Assembly: GCA_043774975.1 (NCBI GenBank)
Contig: JAYVSX010000149.1
Coordinates: 376-64,375, forward strand
DNA: 64,000 nucleotides
DNA from: Rubrivivax sp.
GTDB lineage: Bacteria; Pseudomonadota; Gammaproteobacteria; Burkholderiales; Burkholderiaceae_C
Direction of reading: 5' to 3'
Positions 29,757-40,448 of the stretch are shown piece after piece. The notes beneath the pieces were generated by a model. That model had not been told where the DNA came from. It ran no database searches and was given only the letters and a program-made list of their open reading frames with translations. Numbering within the stretch: the first letter of the stretch is position 1; each line of letters starts with the position of its first letter. Both the position numbers and the translations under genes were made by a program.

Positions 29757-30971
29757 ATGAGTGTCGTCCGTGTTCCACACTCCATCCGAGCGATGATGGC
29801 GCTGGGCGTCGTGGCGTTGACGATGTTGACAACAGGCTGTGCCCTTGCGCCACCTGCCCAGGTCAATCTGGCAGTACTGCACGACGAATTCTTCGAGCCT
29901 GTGGCGCCGGTGGACATCCGCGCCGTGTTCGAACTGAGCCCTGCGATGAAGGCGTACGCCGACACCGAATTAGCTGCCCTGGCGCGACTGAAAGATCCGC
30001 GACGTGCACTGCTTGACGCGCTGTATCAAAAGGGCCGGCTGCGGCTGGACTATGACAGCAGCTTCACGCGGACTGCTTCCCAGGCCTTTGAAGCCAGGTC
30101 GGGCAATTGCCTGTCTCTGGTCATCATGACCGCCAGCTTTGCCAAGTACCTTGGCATTGAAGTGAGCTTCCAGGCCGTGCTTGCACAAGACATCTACAGC
30201 CGCAGCGGCCCTCTTTTTGTGGCCAGCGGACACGTGAATCTGGTGCTTGGAGCTCCCGTACGACGAGCCTATGACCGCTATGAGACTGAAACTCTGGTGG
30301 TCGACTTCTTGGCCCAGTCAGAGCTGCGCGGCCAGCGCACGCGGCCGCTGGAGGAGCGAACCGTACTGGCCATGTTTCTCAACAACCGGTCGGCTGAGCT
30401 GCTGGCCCAAGGGCAGCTGTCGGGCGCCTATGCCCATGCCCGGTCTGCCCTCCTGCTGGAGCCCACACACAGAAACGCTGTCAACACCTTGGGCGTGATT
30501 TACAACAGCGCCGGGCATTTCGCGGCTGCTGCAGCGTCGTTTCGAGAAGTCCTGGCCGAGGAGCCGAATCACCTCGGTGCCTTGACCAACTTGCTGGGCT
30601 GGCACCGGCGCCAAGGTCACAGTCACGAAGCGGCAGCTCTGGCAGATCGGCTCGAGCAGTTGCAGCCCGAACCGCCGTTCAAGCTGTTTGCGCAAGGTCT
30701 TGAAGCCATGCAGGGCGGCGATTTCGCCCGTGCCCGTGACTTGCTCGCCCGCGAGCTGCGCTTGCAGCCGTTTCAGGATGAAGTTCATTTTTGGCTGGCT
30801 CAGGCCTACCTCAAACTGGGGCAGGCCAGTGCGGCAGAGCGCCACCTGCAACAAGCGCGCGACCACAGCAACACCCGAAGCACGCACGATCGATACAGCG
30901 CAAAACTTGAGCACTTGCGCGCGCACATGCAGACGGAAGTCCCACCGCAAACGCCCACCCGGCTGCGCTAA
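29757..30971 (+). CDS. Lipoprotein with transglutaminase-like core and TPRs
   Basis: Lipobox-like LTTGC; candidate triad GNCLSL / GHVNL / VVDF; C-terminal TPRs. Confidence 0.75.
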   Translation: MSVVRVPHSIRAMMALGVVALTMLTTGCALAPPAQVNLAVLHDEFFEPVAPVDIRAVFELSPAMKAYADTELAALARLKDPRRALLDALYQKGRLRLDYDSSFTRTASQAFEARSGNCLSLVIMTASFAKYLGIEVSFQAVLAQDIYSRSGPLFVASGHVNLVLGAPVRRAYDRYETETLVVDFLAQSELRGQRTRPLEERTVLAMFLNNRSAELLAQGQLSGAYAHARSALLLEPTHRNAVNTLGVIYNSAGHFAAAAASFREVLAEEPNHLGALTNLLGWHRRQGHSHEAAALADRLEQLQPEPPFKLFAQGLEAMQGGDFARARDLLARELRLQPFQDEVHFWLAQAYLKLGQASAAERHLQQARDHSNTRSTHDRYSAKLEHLRAHMQTEVPPQTPTRLR

Positions 30972-31098
30972 AGCGACTTGGCTGTCCTGGCGGCAAGAGG
31001 CGGGCGGCGCGAGCCGGGCGAGAATGACGGTCCAGTCGACCTGAACCTACCCCTTCCCCGCTTGAACCGGCGGCTCTCTTTCAGTACCAGCATGCCCG

Positions 31099-31788
31099 AT
31101 GAAGAACGACACCAAACCCAACCCCTTGCTCGAAATTGCCATCACGATTGTTGCGCCCGCCGTGATCCTGATGCAGTTCAGCGCGGCCTCCAGTTTGGGG
31201 CCCATGCGTGCTTTGTTGTTGGGTCTGGCATTTCCACTGGGCTGGGGGTTGTGGGACGGCTGGCGTCGCCACAAGCTGAACTGGTTTGCGGTGCTGGGCG
31301 TGGTGAGCACGCTGTTGACGGGCGGCATTGGGCTTTTTGAGCTGGACGCCAAATGGCTGGCCGTGAAAGAAGCTGCGGTGCCCAGTTTCATCGGACTGGT
31401 CATCTTGGGCTCGATCTGGACGCGCTCACCTTTGATTCGGCTGCTGGTGTTCAACGCCAGCCTCTTTGACGTGGCCCGGGTGAGTCAAGCGCTACAGCAA
31501 GAGGGCACAACCCAGGCGTTTGAGCGCCGTTTGCGCCAAGGCACGGCGTTGCTGGCGGGCACCTTCTTTTTTTCGGCAGTGGCCAACTTCATCCTGACCC
31601 GCATGGTGGTCAGCAGCCCTGCGGGCACCGAGGCATTCAACCAGGAGTTGGGCCGCTTGACATTGCTCAGCTATCCGATCATCGCGATCCCTTCAATGCT
31701 CATGATGATGGGGCTGCTGTATTGGCTGGCTCGTGAGGCCAAGCGGCTGACGGGGTTGGACATCGGCGAGATGCTTCACGGCGCATGA
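31099..31788 (+). CDS. Inner-membrane protein (VC0807-like)
   Basis: Five to six TM helices; motifs WLAVKEAAVP, TFFFSAVANF and AFNQELG. Confidence 0.75.
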   Translation: MKNDTKPNPLLEIAITIVAPAVILMQFSAASSLGPMRALLLGLAFPLGWGLWDGWRRHKLNWFAVLGVVSTLLTGGIGLFELDAKWLAVKEAAVPSFIGLVILGSIWTRSPLIRLLVFNASLFDVARVSQALQQEGTTQAFERRLRQGTALLAGTFFFSAVANFILTRMVVSSPAGTEAFNQELGRLTLLSYPIIAIPSMLMMMGLLYWLAREAKRLTGLDIGEMLHGA

Positions 31789-31816
31789 AGCACGGCTGGC
31801 AAACCAGGATCGCGTC

Positions 31817-32398
31817 GTGAGATCTCGCCCTGATCTGGAGACAACCATTGCTGCCGCAGAGCACCCAGCGTGCATCCCGGCGACAAGCGCCCTGATTTCT
31901 CGCAGGATCTGGCTGGGCATTGCCGGGTTGGGCGTAGCCAGCTGGGCAGTTCCAGTGTTGGCCTTGGACGCCCCACAGGGCCCTGTGGTGTTGACAGTGA
32001 CAGGGCGCGTGCGCAGCCCCAATGAAGGCGCAGCCGCCGAGTTCGACATGGCCACGTTGGCAGCCATGCCACAACAAAGCTTCAGCACGCGCACGCCCTG
32101 GTATTCGCAGCCCCGGCGATTCACGGGCCCCCTGCTTCGGGACGTGCTCAAGGCGGCAGGCGCCAGCGGCACTGCGCTGCGGTTGATTGCCCTCAACGAC
32201 TACCGTGTGGACATGCCCTTTGACGATACGCAGCGCCATGACGTGTTGCTGGCCCGGCTGCTGGACGGTCAACCCATGACCGTGCGGGACAAAGGACCGT
32301 TGTTCGTGATTTACCCGTTTGACTCGCGCCCGGAACTGCGCAGCGCGCTCTACTACAGCCGCTCAGCATGGCAACTGCGGACCATCGAAGTGGTGTAA
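31817..32398 (+). CDS. Small exported SUOX/molybdopterin-oxidoreductase-fold protein (PruR-like)
   Basis: Export signal (SRRIWLG..., possibly Tat); motifs [30 protein letters not shown] and SAWQL; start uncertain. Confidence 0.8.
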   Translation: MRSRPDLETTIAAAEHPACIPATSALISRRIWLGIAGLGVASWAVPVLALDAPQGPVVLTVTGRVRSPNEGAAAEFDMATLAAMPQQSFSTRTPWYSQPRRFTGPLLRDVLKAAGASGTALRLIALNDYRVDMPFDDTQRHDVLLARLLDGQPMTVRDKGPLFVIYPFDSRPELRSALYYSRSAWQLRTIEVV

Positions 32399-34659
32399 CA
32401 CCCACCCCCAAGCGCCGGCCAGCCTTCAGCTGGTTGGGGCTGGTCGGCTTTGGCCTGGCCATAGCTTTGCTCAGCGTGGCACTGGTACAGGCCCGCCAGT
32501 TCGCGTTGCTCAAGCAAGCATTCAGAGCCGGCGACGACTTCGCCTTGCTCAACATCTACCAAGTCGAAATCGAGTACCTTCGTCTGCGCGAACTTTGGCG
32601 CATGGCCAGTGCCGCTCAGCTGGAAACGGCGCCACCGGACCTGCGCTTGCGTTACGACATCTGGGTTAGTCGGGTGCAATTGCTGGAAGCAGGTGGCGCC
32701 AAGCGCTTGATCAGCGACAACTCAGATCACCAAGGCACCATGGTCGAGATCCACCGCTTCATTGCCGCGGCCGATCAGGCCTTAGGGGAGCGGCCCGTGA
32801 CGAACGCCACTGCGGCTTTCCTGTCGGATCGCCTGCCCGGTCTGGATGCCTTGGGCGCTCCCGTGCACAGTCTGTCATTGGGCGCCGCGCACCGCTTGGC
32901 CGAAATGGTTGAGGGCCGCAATCAGGCGGTGCATCAGCAAAACTTGCTGGGCCTCGGCCTGACCGTCTTCCTGTCGGTCCTGACGCTGGCCTTCGCCTGC
33001 ATTGCGTTGAATCAGGTGGGCAAATTGCGTCGCCGGCGGGTGGTCTTGGAGGAATTGGCCAGCAACCTGCAGCAGGCTCGAGGCGAGGCGGAGAGTGCCA
33101 GTCAGGCCAAGAGTACCTTTCTAGCCAACATGAGCCACGAGATCCGCACGCCTTTCCATGGCTTGATGGGCATGTTGTCGCTGCTGCGAGAGACTGGCTT
33201 GACGCCACATCAGATCGACTACCTGCGCACGGCCACCGAGTCGGCGGACCATCTGTTGATGATCCTCAACGACATTCTGGACATGTCGCAGCTGGAGAGC
33301 GGGCGGCTTTCGCTGACGCCCGGGCCCGTCATCATCAGGGCTTTGTTGCGGGAGGTCGAAGCCTTGATGCGCCCCCAGGCCAGCGCCAAGTCGCTGGCCC
33401 TTCACATGGACGTCGACCCTTCGGTCCCGGAGCGCGTGATGGCCGACGCCACGCGCCTGAAACAGATACTTTTCAACCTCTTGTCCAACGCCATCAAGTA
33501 TTCGGACAAAGGCGCTGTGCTTTTGCATGTGACCTCGCGCCCCAACGCCACGCCGCACCTGCAACTGGAGTTTGCGGTCATCGACACGGGTCTGGGGCTG
33601 GACGAGCCCAGCTTGCAGCGGCTCTTCAGCCGATTTGAGCAAGTTGACGCGTCGCGCTCGCGTCGGCACGGCGGCACCGGTTTGGGTCTGGAAATTTCAC
33701 GCAATCTGGCGCGCATGATGGATGGAGACATCCAGGTCACCAGCAAGCCCAACGAAGGCAGCAGCTTCACTTTGTCCATGCCGCTCAAACCGGTGTTGGA
33801 CGTACCGCTGGTGATGGCACCCGCGACGCAGGACATGCCGGCGTCGGGAAGGCCCTTGCGCGTGCTGGTGGCCGAAGACCACCCCGTCAACCGCCAGTAC
33901 ATCGCGTCTTTGCTCGACACCCTGGGGCACTTTGCTCACTTTGCTGTCCATGGAAAGGACGCGTTGCAAGCCGCCAGCAGCATGACGTTCGACCTGATCT
34001 TGATGGACGTGCACATGCCGCTGATGGATGGCATTGACGCAACGCGCGCCATCCGCGCTCTGCACGATGCTGCGCGTTCCACAGTGCCCATCGTGGCCAT
34101 GACCGCCGACGCATTCAACGAAACACGCGAACGCTGCATGGTGGCGGGTATGAACGACTTTCTGGCCAAACCCATCAGCCCCCAGAAACTGGGTGCCGTG
34201 CTGAGACAACTTTTTGGCAGCGGCTCTGGCCTGGCTGTCCCAGCGCCATCCGCGACTGGGCATGAAGCACCTGCGTCACGGCCGAACATCAGCCATGCCA
34301 CTGCCACACTGCTGGACGAAGCGGCCGTCGCATCGAACCTGAGCACCATGAGCCGCGACGAGTTGGGTCGCATGATGCTCACGGTTTTGGACCAGGGCCC
34401 CACCACCGTCCAGCGCATGCGTGCAGCCGTCCGTGATGGCCAACCCTTGGAATTGCGCGTCAACGCCCACGCCGCCAAGGGTGCCGCACTCAACCTGGGT
34501 TTCACAGCGCTGGCTCGGACAGCGCAGGCCCTGCAAGAAGGCGCTGCTCATTTGCCGGCCCATGAAGTCGCCCTTCTGGTGCAACGATTTGAAGACTTGC
34601 TGTTTGAAACCCGTCAAGCGGTGGTGCGGGCTGGCTTGCTGCCCTTGGCCGCGCCCTGA
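32368..34659 (+). CDS. Hybrid sensor histidine kinase (2TM-HisKA-HATPase-REC-HPt)
   Basis: Motifs [19 protein letters not shown] and GTGLGL; REC AEDH...LMDVHMP...KP; HPt AHAAKGAA. Confidence 0.93.
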   Translation: MATADHRSGVTPTPKRRPAFSWLGLVGFGLAIALLSVALVQARQFALLKQAFRAGDDFALLNIYQVEIEYLRLRELWRMASAAQLETAPPDLRLRYDIWVSRVQLLEAGGAKRLISDNSDHQGTMVEIHRFIAAADQALGERPVTNATAAFLSDRLPGLDALGAPVHSLSLGAAHRLAEMVEGRNQAVHQQNLLGLGLTVFLSVLTLAFACIALNQVGKLRRRRVVLEELASNLQQARGEAESASQAKSTFLANMSHEIRTPFHGLMGMLSLLRETGLTPHQIDYLRTATESADHLLMILNDILDMSQLESGRLSLTPGPVIIRALLREVEALMRPQASAKSLALHMDVDPSVPERVMADATRLKQILFNLLSNAIKYSDKGAVLLHVTSRPNATPHLQLEFAVIDTGLGLDEPSLQRLFSRFEQVDASRSRRHGGTGLGLEISRNLARMMDGDIQVTSKPNEGSSFTLSMPLKPVLDVPLVMAPATQDMPASGRPLRVLVAEDHPVNRQYIASLLDTLGHFAHFAVHGKDALQAASSMTFDLILMDVHMPLMDGIDATRAIRALHDAARSTVPIVAMTADAFNETRERCMVAGMNDFLAKPISPQKLGAVLRQLFGSGSGLAVPAPSATGHEAPASRPNISHATATLLDEAAVASNLSTMSRDELGRMMLTVLDQGPTTVQRMRAAVRDGQPLELRVNAHAAKGAALNLGFTALARTAQALQEGAAHLPAHEVALLVQRFEDLLFETRQAVVRAGLLPLAAP

Positions 34660-34665
34660 TCTGGT

Positions 34666-35727
34666 TCAGACGATGATGGGCTCTGGTTCGAGCCGGATGC
34701 CAAATCGCCCATAGACACTTTCCTGGATGGCACGCGCCAGTGTCACCACCTCGGCACCCATGGCGCCGCCCCGGTTGACCAGGACCAGGGCCTGCTTGTC
34801 GTACACACCGGCTCCGCCGATGGTCTTGCCCTTCCAGCCGCAGGCATCGATCAGCCAGCCCGCTGCCAGCTTCACGTTGCCATCGGGCATCGGGTAGTGA
34901 ACGATTTCAGGGTCTCGTCCGATGATGTCCTTGCACTGCTCGGGGGTGACCACCGGGTTCTTGAAGAAGCTGCCGGCGTTGCCAATGACGGCCGGATCTG
35001 GCAGCTTGGCGCGTCGAATGGCGCAGACCCAATCAAAAACCGTTGCGGCAGCGGGCTGGTGGTTGCCCGTTTCGGCCATCTTGCGCTCCAGGTCCAGGTA
35101 GCCCAGCACCGGTTGCCAAGGGCGGGGCAGCCACAGCCGAACCCGCGTGATGACCGACTTGCCGGCCAGTCCGCCAAAGCCGGATTGCTTGAACACGCTG
35201 TCACGGTAGCCAAAGCGGCAATCGGCACCCGTCAAGGTCACCAGACGCCCGGTCACCAAGTCCAGTGCGTCCAAAGAATGGAAGCGGTCCTTCAACTCGA
35301 CGCCATAGGCGCCAATGTTTTGCACCGGCGCTGCGCCCGTGGAGCCCGGGATCAGGGCCAGATTTTCCAGGCCAGGCCAGCCTTGCGCTTGGGTCCAGGC
35401 GACAGCACCGTGCCAGGATTCACCTGCCCCCACCTCGACCAGCCAGCCGTTCGCCGAAGCCTCCACCAGTCGCAGCCCGGGAATTTCGATCTTCAACACC
35501 ACGGCATCCACGTCGTGCGTGAACACCACATTGCTGCCGCCACCCAGCACAAACTTGGGCGCGCGGCCCCACTCTGGATGGTCCACCACGCGCCGAAGAT
35601 CAGCTTCCGAACGAATGCGAATCAGCGTCTGGGCCAGCGCAGGCAAGCCAAACGTGTTGTGCGCACGCAGACTGGCGCGGTGTTCAACGAGCAAAGGGGC
35701 GGAAGGTGGCGCTGGCGGGTGGGGCAT
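34666..35727 (-). CDS. murB: UDP-N-acetylmuramate dehydrogenase
   Basis: Motifs [31 protein letters not shown] and LEPEP; real start ATG 35727. Confidence 0.95.
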   Translation of the reverse strand: MPHPPAPPSAPLLVEHRASLRAHNTFGLPALAQTLIRIRSEADLRRVVDHPEWGRAPKFVLGGGSNVVFTHDVDAVVLKIEIPGLRLVEASANGWLVEVGAGESWHGAVAWTQAQGWPGLENLALIPGSTGAAPVQNIGAYGVELKDRFHSLDALDLVTGRLVTLTGADCRFGYRDSVFKQSGFGGLAGKSVITRVRLWLPRPWQPVLGYLDLERKMAETGNHQPAAATVFDWVCAIRRAKLPDPAVIGNAGSFFKNPVVTPEQCKDIIGRDPEIVHYPMPDGNVKLAAGWLIDACGWKGKTIGGAGVYDKQALVLVNRGGAMGAEVVTLARAIQESVYGRFGIRLEPEPIIV

Positions 35728-35769
35728 GCGAGAATTTTCACGCATCCCAGAGACCATCCTGTTGCTTCC

Positions 35770-36273
35770 ATGCCGAGCTTTGACACCGTGATCGAACCCG
35801 ACCTGGTTGAGCTGCGCAATGCAGTCGACCAGGCCAACAAGGAAATTGGCACACGCTTCGACTTCAAGGGCTCCAGTTCCCAGGTTGAACTGGCCGACCG
35901 CAGCAGCAAGGACCGTGAACTGACGCTGTTTGGTGACAGCGACTTTCAGCTCGACCAGGTGCGCGATGTGCTGTTGGCCCGGCTGGCCAAGCGCGGCGTG
36001 GATGTGCGGTTCCTGGACTTCAGCGCTAAGCCCGTCAAACTGGGTGGTGACAAGCTCAAGCTGGCGGTGCCGGTGAAGTCTGGCATCAACGCCGAGTCGG
36101 CCAAGAAGCTGCAAACAGCGCTGAAAGCCAGCAAGCTCAAGGTCCAGGGCGCGATCCAAGGCGACGCCGTGCGGGTGACGGGCGCCAAAAAAGACGAGTT
36201 GCAGACCGCGATGGCCCTGCTGCGCAAAGAGCTGCCTGATTTGCCGTTGTCGTTCAACAATTTCCGCGCCTGA
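35770..36273 (+). CDS. yajQ: YajQ family nucleotide/c-di-GMP-binding protein
   Basis: Motifs [21 protein letters not shown] and FNNFR. Confidence 0.93.
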   Translation: MPSFDTVIEPDLVELRNAVDQANKEIGTRFDFKGSSSQVELADRSSKDRELTLFGDSDFQLDQVRDVLLARLAKRGVDVRFLDFSAKPVKLGGDKLKLAVPVKSGINAESAKKLQTALKASKLKVQGAIQGDAVRVTGAKKDELQTAMALLRKELPDLPLSFNNFRA

Positions 36274-36295
36274 ACTTTGCGCCTGACCTTTGCAA

Positions 36296-36949
36296 ATGAA
36301 TAGCCTCGCTGCCGGCGTTGCAACTGCGCTTGGGGCCCTGGCCAGCCTGGGCTGCACGGTGGCCCATGCGCAGCCCGTTGCCTTGGCCGGACGCATGGGC
36401 GACCGCGCGCTGTTGGTGGTGGACGGCCGGGCGCAGACCGTCGGCATCGGCAACACCGCAGGCGGCGTTCGGCTGCTGCGCTGGGTGGGCGAAGAGGCCG
36501 AGGTTGAAGTGGCCGGACAAAAAACCCAACTCCGTGTCGGCGGCACACCGGCCCAGGTGGGTGCAGGCGCGCGGGCGGTGGCCGGCCGCGAGATCGTCAT
36601 GACCGCTGGCTCGGGTGGCCACTTCACGCCCAGCGGTTCCATCAACGGCAAGGCTGTCAGTTTCATGGTCGACACCGGGGCCACGCTGGTCGCCATGGGA
36701 CAAGACGACGCCCAGCGCTTGGGTGTGGACCTGAAGACGGCTCGAGCGGGCATGAGTCAAACTGCCAATGGCCCGGTTCGGGTGTTGATGGTGACGCTGG
36801 ACAGGGTGCGAGTTGGCGAGGTTGAACTGACCCAGGTGGCCGCCGTGGTGCTGCCACAACCAATGCCTTTTGTGCTGCTGGGCAACAGCTTCCTGACGCG
36901 CTTTCAAATGCGCCGTGACAACGACGTGATGCGGCTCGAATTGCGCTGA
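36296..36949 (+). CDS. Retropepsin-like clan AA aspartic protease (TIGR02281-like)
   Basis: Signal peptide; motifs FMVDTGAT and LLGNSFL. Confidence 0.88.
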   Translation: MNSLAAGVATALGALASLGCTVAHAQPVALAGRMGDRALLVVDGRAQTVGIGNTAGGVRLLRWVGEEAEVEVAGQKTQLRVGGTPAQVGAGARAVAGREIVMTAGSGGHFTPSGSINGKAVSFMVDTGATLVAMGQDDAQRLGVDLKTARAGMSQTANGPVRVLMVTLDRVRVGEVELTQVAAVVLPQPMPFVLLGNSFLTRFQMRRDNDVMRLELR

Positions 36950-37044
36950 GCTTTTGACTTGTCTCGACAGCGACCCATCAAAACCGAACGACCGTGCTAA
37001 AACTCAGGCTCAGGGCCTGAAGCGCCCCGTTTGGAAAGCATCAC

Positions 37045-38238
37045 ATGGACCTGAACTTCACGCCGGAAGAAACCCGCTTCCGCACCGAGATCCGCCAGTG
37101 GGTGGCACAAAACCTGCCCGCCGACATCGCCGACAAGGTGCGCCATGCCTTGCGCCTGAGCCGCGACGACCTGCAGCGCTGGGCCAAGATCCTGGGTAAC
37201 AAGGGCTGGCTGGGCTGGGGCTGGCCGGCGCAATTTGGCGGGCCGGGCTGGAACGCCATTCAGAAGCACCTGTTCGAAGAAGAATGTGCCTTGGCCTGTG
37301 CGCCGCGCGTCATCCCCTTCGGCCCGGTGATGGTGGCGCCGGTCATCATGGCCTTTGGCAACGCCGAACAGCAAAAGCGCTTCTTGCCGGGCATTGCCAG
37401 CGGCGACGTTTGGTGGAGCCAGGGCTACAGCGAACCCGGCGCGGGCAGCGACCTGGCTTCGTTGAAGTGCAAGGCCGAGCGGGTCTCCACGAGCACGGGC
37501 GACAAGTACATCGTCAACGGCCAGAAGACCTGGACCACGCTGGGCCAGTTTGGCGAGTGGATTTTTTGCCTGGTGCGCACCAGCAGCGAAGGCAAGCCGC
37601 AAACCGGCATCAGCTTCTTGCTGATCGACATGAAGACGCCCGGCATCACGGTGCGGCCGATCATCCTGATGGACGGCGAACACGAGGTCAACGAGGTCTG
37701 GTTCGACAACGTCGAGGTGCCGGCTGAAAACCTGATTGGCGAAGAAAACAAGGGCTGGACCTACGCCAAGCACCTGCTGGCCCACGAACGCACCAACATC
37801 GCCGACGTCAACCGTGCCAAACGCGAGCTCGAACGCCTGAAGCGCATTGCCAAGGCCGAAGGCGTTTACGACGACCAACGCTTCCGCGACCAGATCGCGC
37901 TGCTCGAAGTGGACATCGTGGCACTGGAAATGATGGTGCTGCGTGTGCTGAGCGCCGAGAAGAGCGGCAAACAAAGCCTGGACGTGGCCGGTCTGCTAAA
38001 GATTCGCGGCAGCGAAATCCAGCAGCGTTACACCGAGTTGATGATGCTGGCAGCGGGCCCCTTGGCGCGCCCCTACATCTTTGAAGCGATGGAAGCGGGC
38101 TGGCAAGGCGACCTGGCCTTCCCCACCCCTTTGCTGCCTTTGGCGGGCACCTATTTCAACTTCCGCAAGACGACCATCTACGGTGGCTCCAACGAAGTGC
38201 AACGCAACATCGTGGCCCAAACCGTGCTGGGGAGCTGA
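37045..38238 (+). CDS. Acyl-CoA dehydrogenase (PimC-like large subunit)
   Basis: Motifs QGYSEPGAGSDLAS, NGQKTWTT and IYGGSNEVQRNI. Confidence 0.9.
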   Translation: MDLNFTPEETRFRTEIRQWVAQNLPADIADKVRHALRLSRDDLQRWAKILGNKGWLGWGWPAQFGGPGWNAIQKHLFEEECALACAPRVIPFGPVMVAPVIMAFGNAEQQKRFLPGIASGDVWWSQGYSEPGAGSDLASLKCKAERVSTSTGDKYIVNGQKTWTTLGQFGEWIFCLVRTSSEGKPQTGISFLLIDMKTPGITVRPIILMDGEHEVNEVWFDNVEVPAENLIGEENKGWTYAKHLLAHERTNIADVNRAKRELERLKRIAKAEGVYDDQRFRDQIALLEVDIVALEMMVLRVLSAEKSGKQSLDVAGLLKIRGSEIQQRYTELMMLAAGPLARPYIFEAMEAGWQGDLAFPTPLLPLAGTYFNFRKTTIYGGSNEVQRNIVAQTVLGS

Positions 38239-38240
38239 CC

Positions 38241-39368
38241 ATGGACTTCGAGTTTTCCGACGATCAGTCTTCGCTGCGTGACGCCGTGCGGCGCTGGGTC
38301 GACAAAGGGTTTGGCTTCGAGCGACGGCATGCCTTGACCAAAGCCGGCGGCGCCAGTCGCGCGGTTTATGCCGAGCTGTGTGAACTGGGCCTGGCAGGGC
38401 TGGTGATACCCGAGGCACACGGCGGCCTGGGTCTGGGCCCGGTGGACGCGATGGTGGTCTGCGAAGAACTGGGGCGTGGTCTGGTTCATGCGCCCTATGC
38501 CTTTGCGGCGCTGATGTCCCCGGCGCTGCTGGCTGGCGGTGATGCCGCCGTGCAGGCCCAGGTCCTGCCCGCCATCGCCAGCGGTGAACGGCTGGTGGTG
38601 CCCGCGCTGCAGGAGCGCGCGGCGCGCTATCACCTGTCGCAGGTGACCACCCGGGCCGAGGCCCAGGGCAACGACTGGCTGCTGACCGGCACCAAGTGCG
38701 CCGTGCCAGCGGCTGACGAAGCCGACGACTTCATCGTGCCCGCCCGAGTCTCGGGTGCCGACCGCGAAACCGACGGCATTGCGCTTTTTCTGGTGCCGGC
38801 AGCGTCAACCCAGCGCACGGCCTACGCCACCCAAGACGGCGGTCGCGCGGGCGACGTCAGGATGACAGACACCCGGGCCACGCTCATCACACTGGACGGG
38901 CATTCGACCTTGGAGACCGCCGTGGACGTGGGTCTGGCCGCGCACTGCGCCGAAGCCGTTGGTCTGATGGACCGTCTGGTCGACATCACCGTCGAATACA
39001 TGAACACGCGCAAACAGTTTGGCGCCACCCTGGCCACCTTTCAGGCGCTGCGCCACCGCATGGCCGACGTCAAGATGCAGCTGGAGTTGGGCCGTTCGAT
39101 GAGTTACTTCGCCAGCTTGAAGCTGGGCGAGTTGCCGGCCCAGCGCCGGCGCGCGGTGGCGCAGGCTCGGGTCCAGTTGGGGCAGAGCATGCGCTTCGTC
39201 GGTCAGCAGTGCATCCAACTGCACGGTGGCATTGCCTGCACCGACGAATACGTGGCCAGCCACTACTTCAAGCGACTGACCATGCTCGAGGTGACCCTGG
39301 GTGACACCCTGCACCACCTGGGCGAAGTTTCCAACCGCATGCAGGACACGGCTGGCGTTTTTGCTTAA
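38241..39368 (+). CDS. Acyl-CoA dehydrogenase (PimD-like small subunit)
   Basis: Motifs RKQFG...FQALRHR and QLHGGI; tandem with the preceding acyl-CoA dehydrogenase. Confidence 0.88.
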   Translation: MDFEFSDDQSSLRDAVRRWVDKGFGFERRHALTKAGGASRAVYAELCELGLAGLVIPEAHGGLGLGPVDAMVVCEELGRGLVHAPYAFAALMSPALLAGGDAAVQAQVLPAIASGERLVVPALQERAARYHLSQVTTRAEAQGNDWLLTGTKCAVPAADEADDFIVPARVSGADRETDGIALFLVPAASTQRTAYATQDGGRAGDVRMTDTRATLITLDGHSTLETAVDVGLAAHCAEAVGLMDRLVDITVEYMNTRKQFGATLATFQALRHRMADVKMQLELGRSMSYFASLKLGELPAQRRRAVAQARVQLGQSMRFVGQQCIQLHGGIACTDEYVASHYFKRLTMLEVTLGDTLHHLGEVSNRMQDTAGVFA

Positions 39369-39449
39369 GCCACGGGCCCAAGCCGCTGGGCGGCGGGCCT
39401 GGGGGGCCTGGCAGGCCTGGCCGGCCTGGCCGCTTCACAATCTGCGGGC

Positions 39450-40448
39450 ATGAAGGCCAGCAACCTGTACCCCGGCTCCATCACCGACGTGGGTGGTTTG
39501 GCCGTAGGCCACGCCGCCCAAGCCGGTCGCCCAACGGGCTGCACCGTTGTGCTCTGCCCGCAAGGCGTGGTGGCTGGGGTTGCCGTCCGGGGTGGCGCGC
39601 CAGGCACCCGCGAGACCGACTTGCTGCGGCCCGAAAACACCGTGCAAGTGGTGCACGCGGTGCTGCTCACGGGTGGCAGCGCGTTTGGGCTGGACGCTGC
39701 GGGTGGTGTCATGCGCTGGTTGGACGAACGCGGCCACGGCTTGGCGGTGGGGCCGGCTCGGGTGCCCATCGTGCCAGCGGCGGTGCTGTTCGACCTGTGG
39801 CTTGGAGACGCCCGCATCCGCCCCGACGCCGCGCTGGGCCATGCCGCGTGCGAAGCCGCCACCGCTTCAGAAGCCCGTCAGGGCAACGTTGGTGCGGGCC
39901 TGGGTGCCGCGGTGGGCAAGATGTTCGGCATTGGCCGGGCCATGCGGGGTGGCCTGGGCACGGCGTCGGTTCGCTTGGGCGGCTTCACCGTCGGCGCGTT
40001 GGTGGCGGTCAACGCCATCGGCGACGTGCTGGATGAACAAGGACAAGTCATCGCTGGCGCACGCAGCGAATCGGGCCAGCAGCTGCTGGGCACCACAACC
40101 GCCCTGTTGGCTGGCGCTGGGCCCAGCCATGCGATGGCGGGCATGGCCACCACCATTGGTGTGGTGGCCACCGACGCGCAACTCAGCAAGGCGCAAGCCA
40201 CCCAATTGGCTGGATTGGCACACCACGGCTTGTCCAGGGCCATCAGCCCGCTCACGGTCAACGATGGCGACAGCCTTTTTGCGCTGGCCACCGGCACCCA
40301 GGGCCGCAGCGCAGACCTCAGTGCCCTGGGCGCCATGGCCGCGCAAGCCGTGGCCTGCGCCATCCGCAATGCGGTGTGGTCAGCGCGGGCCCTGTCTGAG
40401 CCCGGCCTGCCCTACCTGCCAGCCGCGCAAGACTGGCCGGAGCACTAG
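39450..40448 (+). CDS. Peptidase P1/S58 (DmpA-like)
   Basis: Motifs ITDVGG.VGH, RGGAPGTRETDLL, GGSAFGL, TTIGVVATDA and DGD. Confidence 0.88.
   Translation: MKASNLYPGSITDVGGLAVGHAAQAGRPTGCTVVLCPQGVVAGVAVRGGAPGTRETDLLRPENTVQVVHAVLLTGGSAFGLDAAGGVMRWLDERGHGLAVGPARVPIVPAAVLFDLWLGDARIRPDAALGHAACEAATASEARQGNVGAGLGAAVGKMFGIGRAMRGGLGTASVRLGGFTVGALVAVNAIGDVLDEQGQVIAGARSESGQQLLGTTTALLAGAGPSHAMAGMATTIGVVATDAQLSKAQATQLAGLAHHGLSRAISPLTVNDGDSLFALATGTQGRSADLSALGAMAAQAVACAIRNAVWSARALSEPGLPYLPAAQDWPEH

Noticed and set aside
34666-36753. 695-aa MurB ORF (and the similarly extended ORFs 34897-36273, 45006-47306 and 45504-46967)
   Set aside because: The extensions are antisense shadows of the divergent neighbours; real starts are 35727, 35770, 45824 and 45894.
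39366-39452. Acyl-CoA dehydrogenase stop in frame with the peptidase through a stop-free GLA-repeat spacer (possible readthrough fusion)
   Set aside because: TAA-G is a poor readthrough context, a short GC-rich spacer is often stop-free, and the peptidase has its own CACAAT promoter-like signal.
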